Source: a virus (Duplodnaviria > Caudoviricetes). Taken from it: a stretch of 38,490 bases of DNA. This document shows positions 35,639-38,490 of the stretch, in pieces. Under the pieces are notes generated by a model. The model was not told where the DNA came from and ran no database searches. It saw only the letters and a list, made by a program, of their open reading frames with translations. Position numbers and translations under genes: made by a program. The DNA is taken from positions 1 to 38,490 of the IMG/VR virus record IMGVR_UViG_3300017978_000280; one strand, given 5' to 3'. Each line of letters opens with the position of its first letter. The stretch's first letter is position 1.

Positions 35639-35937
35639 AAACCCCGGCTTGGCAGCGTAAAGAAGGGAAGTCCCCGTCCGGCGGTCTAAACGCCAAGGGC
35701 CGTGCGTCTGCTAAGGCCGAAGGAATGAACTTGAAAGCGCCTGTTAAATCAGGCGATAATCCACGGAGGGCGTCATTCTTAGCGCGTATGGGGAACATGC
35801 CGGGGCCGGAGCGTAATGCGAAAGGCGAGCCAACCCGCCTTCTCTTATCTCTGCAAGCGTGGGGTGCGTCATCTAAAGCAGACGCGAAGTCCAAAGCCAA
35901 ATCAATATCCGCCCGAAACAAGGGGAAGTCAAAATGA
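35635..35937 (+). CDS. small basic protein (DUF6321-like)
   Basis: AWQRKEGK.P.GGLNAKGRAS...RR.SF.ARM motif; GTGA overlap. Confidence 0.7.
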   Translation: MKTPAWQRKEGKSPSGGLNAKGRASAKAEGMNLKAPVKSGDNPRRASFLARMGNMPGPERNAKGEPTRLLLSLQAWGASSKADAKSKAKSISARNKGKSK

Positions 35938-36110
35938 AGAAACCTACTAAGGCCGACAAAAAAGTAGCTAAGGTCATGGGCGAATTTAAGCGTGGCACTT
36001 TGCACGCTGGTGTAAACCCTAAAGGCCCGGCAAAGGCTCCCTTGGCTAAATCGCGCAAACAGGCTATAGCTATTGCCCTGTCCGAAGCTGGCAAGTCCAA
36101 AAAGAAGTAA
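35934..36110 (+). CDS. 58-aa basic protein (DUF6496-like; not in ORF track)
   Basis: KV.KVM.EFK.GTLH...SRKQAIAIALSEA motif; ATGA overlap. Confidence 0.75.
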   Translation: MKKPTKADKKVAKVMGEFKRGTLHAGVNPKGPAKAPLAKSRKQAIAIALSEAGKSKKK

Positions 36111-36119
36111 GGCTAAAAT

Positions 36120-38486
36120 ATGGCGTATCGCAATAACCGTAAGCCGAGTAAGGCCGACATGGCTAAGAACCAAGGTATGTATCAGGACACCGGGGTTCCC
36201 AACGCCAACTCGGAAAACGACGACAGCGAAGATATGTCCGATGAAACTTCTATGGAACTTCCCGATGGCACAGAGATTTCCATTGAAGAACCAGAGACGG
36301 AAGACGAGCAGGTCGAAGAGCCTATATCCGAAGAAGAACTTCAGAACATCGTAATCGCCGAGATCGACGACGCTCAATCGTATATTGACGACGACATCAG
36401 CCCGCAGCGTGCGCTTGCAGGCCAGTACTATAAGGGCGAACCTTTCGGCAACGAAGAGGAAGGCCGGTCGCAGGCGATGTCAATGGATGTACGGGATACT
36501 GTACAGGCCATGATGCCGTCGATCATGAAGGTATTTTTTGCGGCAAGCAACGTCGTCGAGTTTGCGCCGAACGGCCCAGAAGATGTGGCCACCGCGCAGC
36601 AAGCGACGGATTACGTCAACTACTGCCTGACACGCGATAACAACCTATTCAGCGAATGCTACTCCACATTCAAGGACGCTCTGATCCGTAAGAACGGTAT
36701 CATGAAAGTTTGGTGGGATACTGAGAAAGATGTCACAACCCACTACTTCACGGGTCTGGATGAGGCTACCTTCTCGGTACTTCAGTCCGACCCTACCGTC
36801 GAAGTTAAGAACGTAGAAATCACCTACGGCGAAACTATGACCATGACGCCGATGGGCGAAATGATGCAGCAGACACCGCCGACCTACGATTGCACGGCTG
36901 TCCGTACAACGGAGAAGGGCCGCTTACGCGTTCAATCCGTACCGCCAGAAGAGTTTCTGATTGACCGCCGTGCGCGTTCTATCGAGACCGCCGAGTTTGT
37001 AGCCCACCGTCGTTACGTTACCGTATCCGATCTTGTGAAGATGGGCTATGATTTCGATGAGGTTCAAGACCTTGGCTTTGAAACGCTTGACGACTTTGAA
37101 GGCAACCCAGAAACATTTGACCGTAACCCGCAAGCGTTCGTTCAAATCACAGGCCGCACAGATACGACATCGCGCAAAGTCCTCTACATCGAGGGCTATG
37201 TGTACGTTGACATGGACGGCGACGGGATCGCGGAACTTTGCCGCGTCTGCGTTGCTGGCACGGCCAACAAGGTACTGCATTGGGAACCTTGCGACTTTAT
37301 TCCGTTCGTAGACTTCTGCCCCGATCCAGAGCCGCACACATTCTTCGGCATGTCGATTGCCGACGTGACGATGGACATTCAGCTTATCAAGTCGAATATC
37401 CTTCGTAACACGCTGGACAGCTTGGCTCAGTCGATCCACCCACGCACGGGTGTCGTTGAAGGCCAAGTCAACATCGAAGACGTAATGAACACCGAAGTCG
37501 GTGGCATCATTCGTATGCGCGCACCGGGTATGGTGCAGCCGTTCACGATGCCGTTCGTCGGGCAGCAAGCCTTCCCGATGTTGCAGTACATGGACGAACT
37601 GCGTGAGAACCGTACCGGTATTTCCAAGGCCGCATCCGGCCTCGATGCGAATGCACTTCAGTCTTCGACCCGCGCTGCTGTCGCGGCCACGATTACTGCT
37701 GCGGCACAGCATATCGAACTGATCTGCCGTATCTTCGCCGAAACGGGTATGAAGAGCCTGTTCCACAAGTCGATGCAGCTTATCGCCAAGAACCAAGATG
37801 CTCCGCGCATGGTGCGTCTGCGTAATACGTTCGTGCCGATTGACCCCCGTGTGTGGGATACGAACATGGATGTCGTCGTCAACGTCGCTATCGGTACTGG
37901 CAGCAACGAAGAGAAGATGGCGTTCTTGGGTCAAGTCGCAGCCAAGCAAGAGATGCTCATGCAGATGGGCGCACCACTGGCCGACATGCAGGGTTACTAC
38001 AACACGCTGTCTCAGATGATGGCGCTGGCTGGGTTCAAAGACCCGACTGTGTTCTTCAAAGACCCAGCGATGATGCCACCTCCACCACCGCCTGCGCCAC
38101 CGCAGCCGACACCGGAGGAGATGCTATCTCAGGTACAGATGGAAGCGATTCGTGCTGACATCCAGAAGAAGGCCGCAGAACTTGAGTTGCAGCGCGAAGA
38201 GATGCTGCGCAAGGACGACCGTGAGCGCGACAAACTCGATGCCGATATGATGATTAAGGCAGCCGAGATCGAAGCCAAGTACGGCGCGCAAGTCAACACG
38301 GCCAACATCGAAGCGTTGATGCAGCGCGACCGTGAGTTCCTACGCCAGCAAGGTGAGATGGAACGAGCCGCCGTGCAGGCTCAGCAGGCCCAGCAAAACG
38401 CACAGATGGCGCAAGCGGTTCAGCAAGCGCAGATGCCGACTGAAATGCCGATGCAACCTGAAATGCCACCAGAAGGAATGATGTAA
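36120..38486 (+). CDS. portal protein (P22/SU10-like with C-terminal barrel)
   Basis: 788 aa; YY.GE..GNE..GRS, DAL..KNGI.KVWW, VPPEEF, E.RTGI, Gln-rich helical C-terminus. Confidence 0.9.
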   Translation: MAYRNNRKPSKADMAKNQGMYQDTGVPNANSENDDSEDMSDETSMELPDGTEISIEEPETEDEQVEEPISEEELQNIVIAEIDDAQSYIDDDISPQRALAGQYYKGEPFGNEEEGRSQAMSMDVRDTVQAMMPSIMKVFFAASNVVEFAPNGPEDVATAQQATDYVNYCLTRDNNLFSECYSTFKDALIRKNGIMKVWWDTEKDVTTHYFTGLDEATFSVLQSDPTVEVKNVEITYGETMTMTPMGEMMQQTPPTYDCTAVRTTEKGRLRVQSVPPEEFLIDRRARSIETAEFVAHRRYVTVSDLVKMGYDFDEVQDLGFETLDDFEGNPETFDRNPQAFVQITGRTDTTSRKVLYIEGYVYVDMDGDGIAELCRVCVAGTANKVLHWEPCDFIPFVDFCPDPEPHTFFGMSIADVTMDIQLIKSNILRNTLDSLAQSIHPRTGVVEGQVNIEDVMNTEVGGIIRMRAPGMVQPFTMPFVGQQAFPMLQYMDELRENRTGISKAASGLDANALQSSTRAAVAATITAAAQHIELICRIFAETGMKSLFHKSMQLIAKNQDAPRMVRLRNTFVPIDPRVWDTNMDVVVNVAIGTGSNEEKMAFLGQVAAKQEMLMQMGAPLADMQGYYNTLSQMMALAGFKDPTVFFKDPAMMPPPPPPAPPQPTPEEMLSQVQMEAIRADIQKKAAELELQREEMLRKDDRERDKLDADMMIKAAEIEAKYGAQVNTANIEALMQRDREFLRQQGEMERAAVQAQQAQQNAQMAQAVQQAQMPTEMPMQPEMPPEGMM

Positions 38487-38490
38487 TGGC

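Noticed and set aside
36924-37949. 341-aa antisense ORF, and other long shadow ORFs such as 401-1150, 5437-6171, 9638-10246 and 25139-25747
   Set aside because: Antisense to well-supported genes, with no recognisable motifs; expected from codon bias in GC-rich DNA.

Overview
The window is a complete, circularly closed ~38.4-kb dsDNA tailed-phage genome of podovirus type; the first 55 nt are identical to the last 55 nt and the portal stop overlaps the next start codon across the join. The + strand carries a packaging/virion/lysis block: serine recombinase, terL, head-spike cassette, P22/SU10-type portal, scaffold, major capsid, adaptor, fibres, M15 endolysin, holin, Rz/Rz1, nozzle and ejection proteins. 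Next come HNH, RuvC-like and SNF2-helicase genes, an APSE-like replication trio on the - strand (PolA, DUF2800, DUF2815 SSB), a multi-HTH regulator and prim-pol/D5 primase-helicase, a 280-bp palindromic iteron origin, and a - strand operon of small presumably early genes ending in terS. Spanins indicate a Gram-negative host; an alphaproteobacterial host is inferred from promoter and motif style. Best lead: a ~120-nt candidate sRNA after terL (32631-32751) with its own sigma70-type promoter and a CU-rich anti-Shine-Dalgarno loop. The loop is complementary to a GAGGGA(G)-type SD shared by the early and replication genes but not by the structural genes inspected, suggesting an RNA-based translational switch. 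Other leads: three TonB-box-like motifs in a probable ejected virion protein, and terS sitting on the opposite strand while a serine recombinase occupies its usual place before terL. All family assignments come from motifs recognised by eye; no searches were run.
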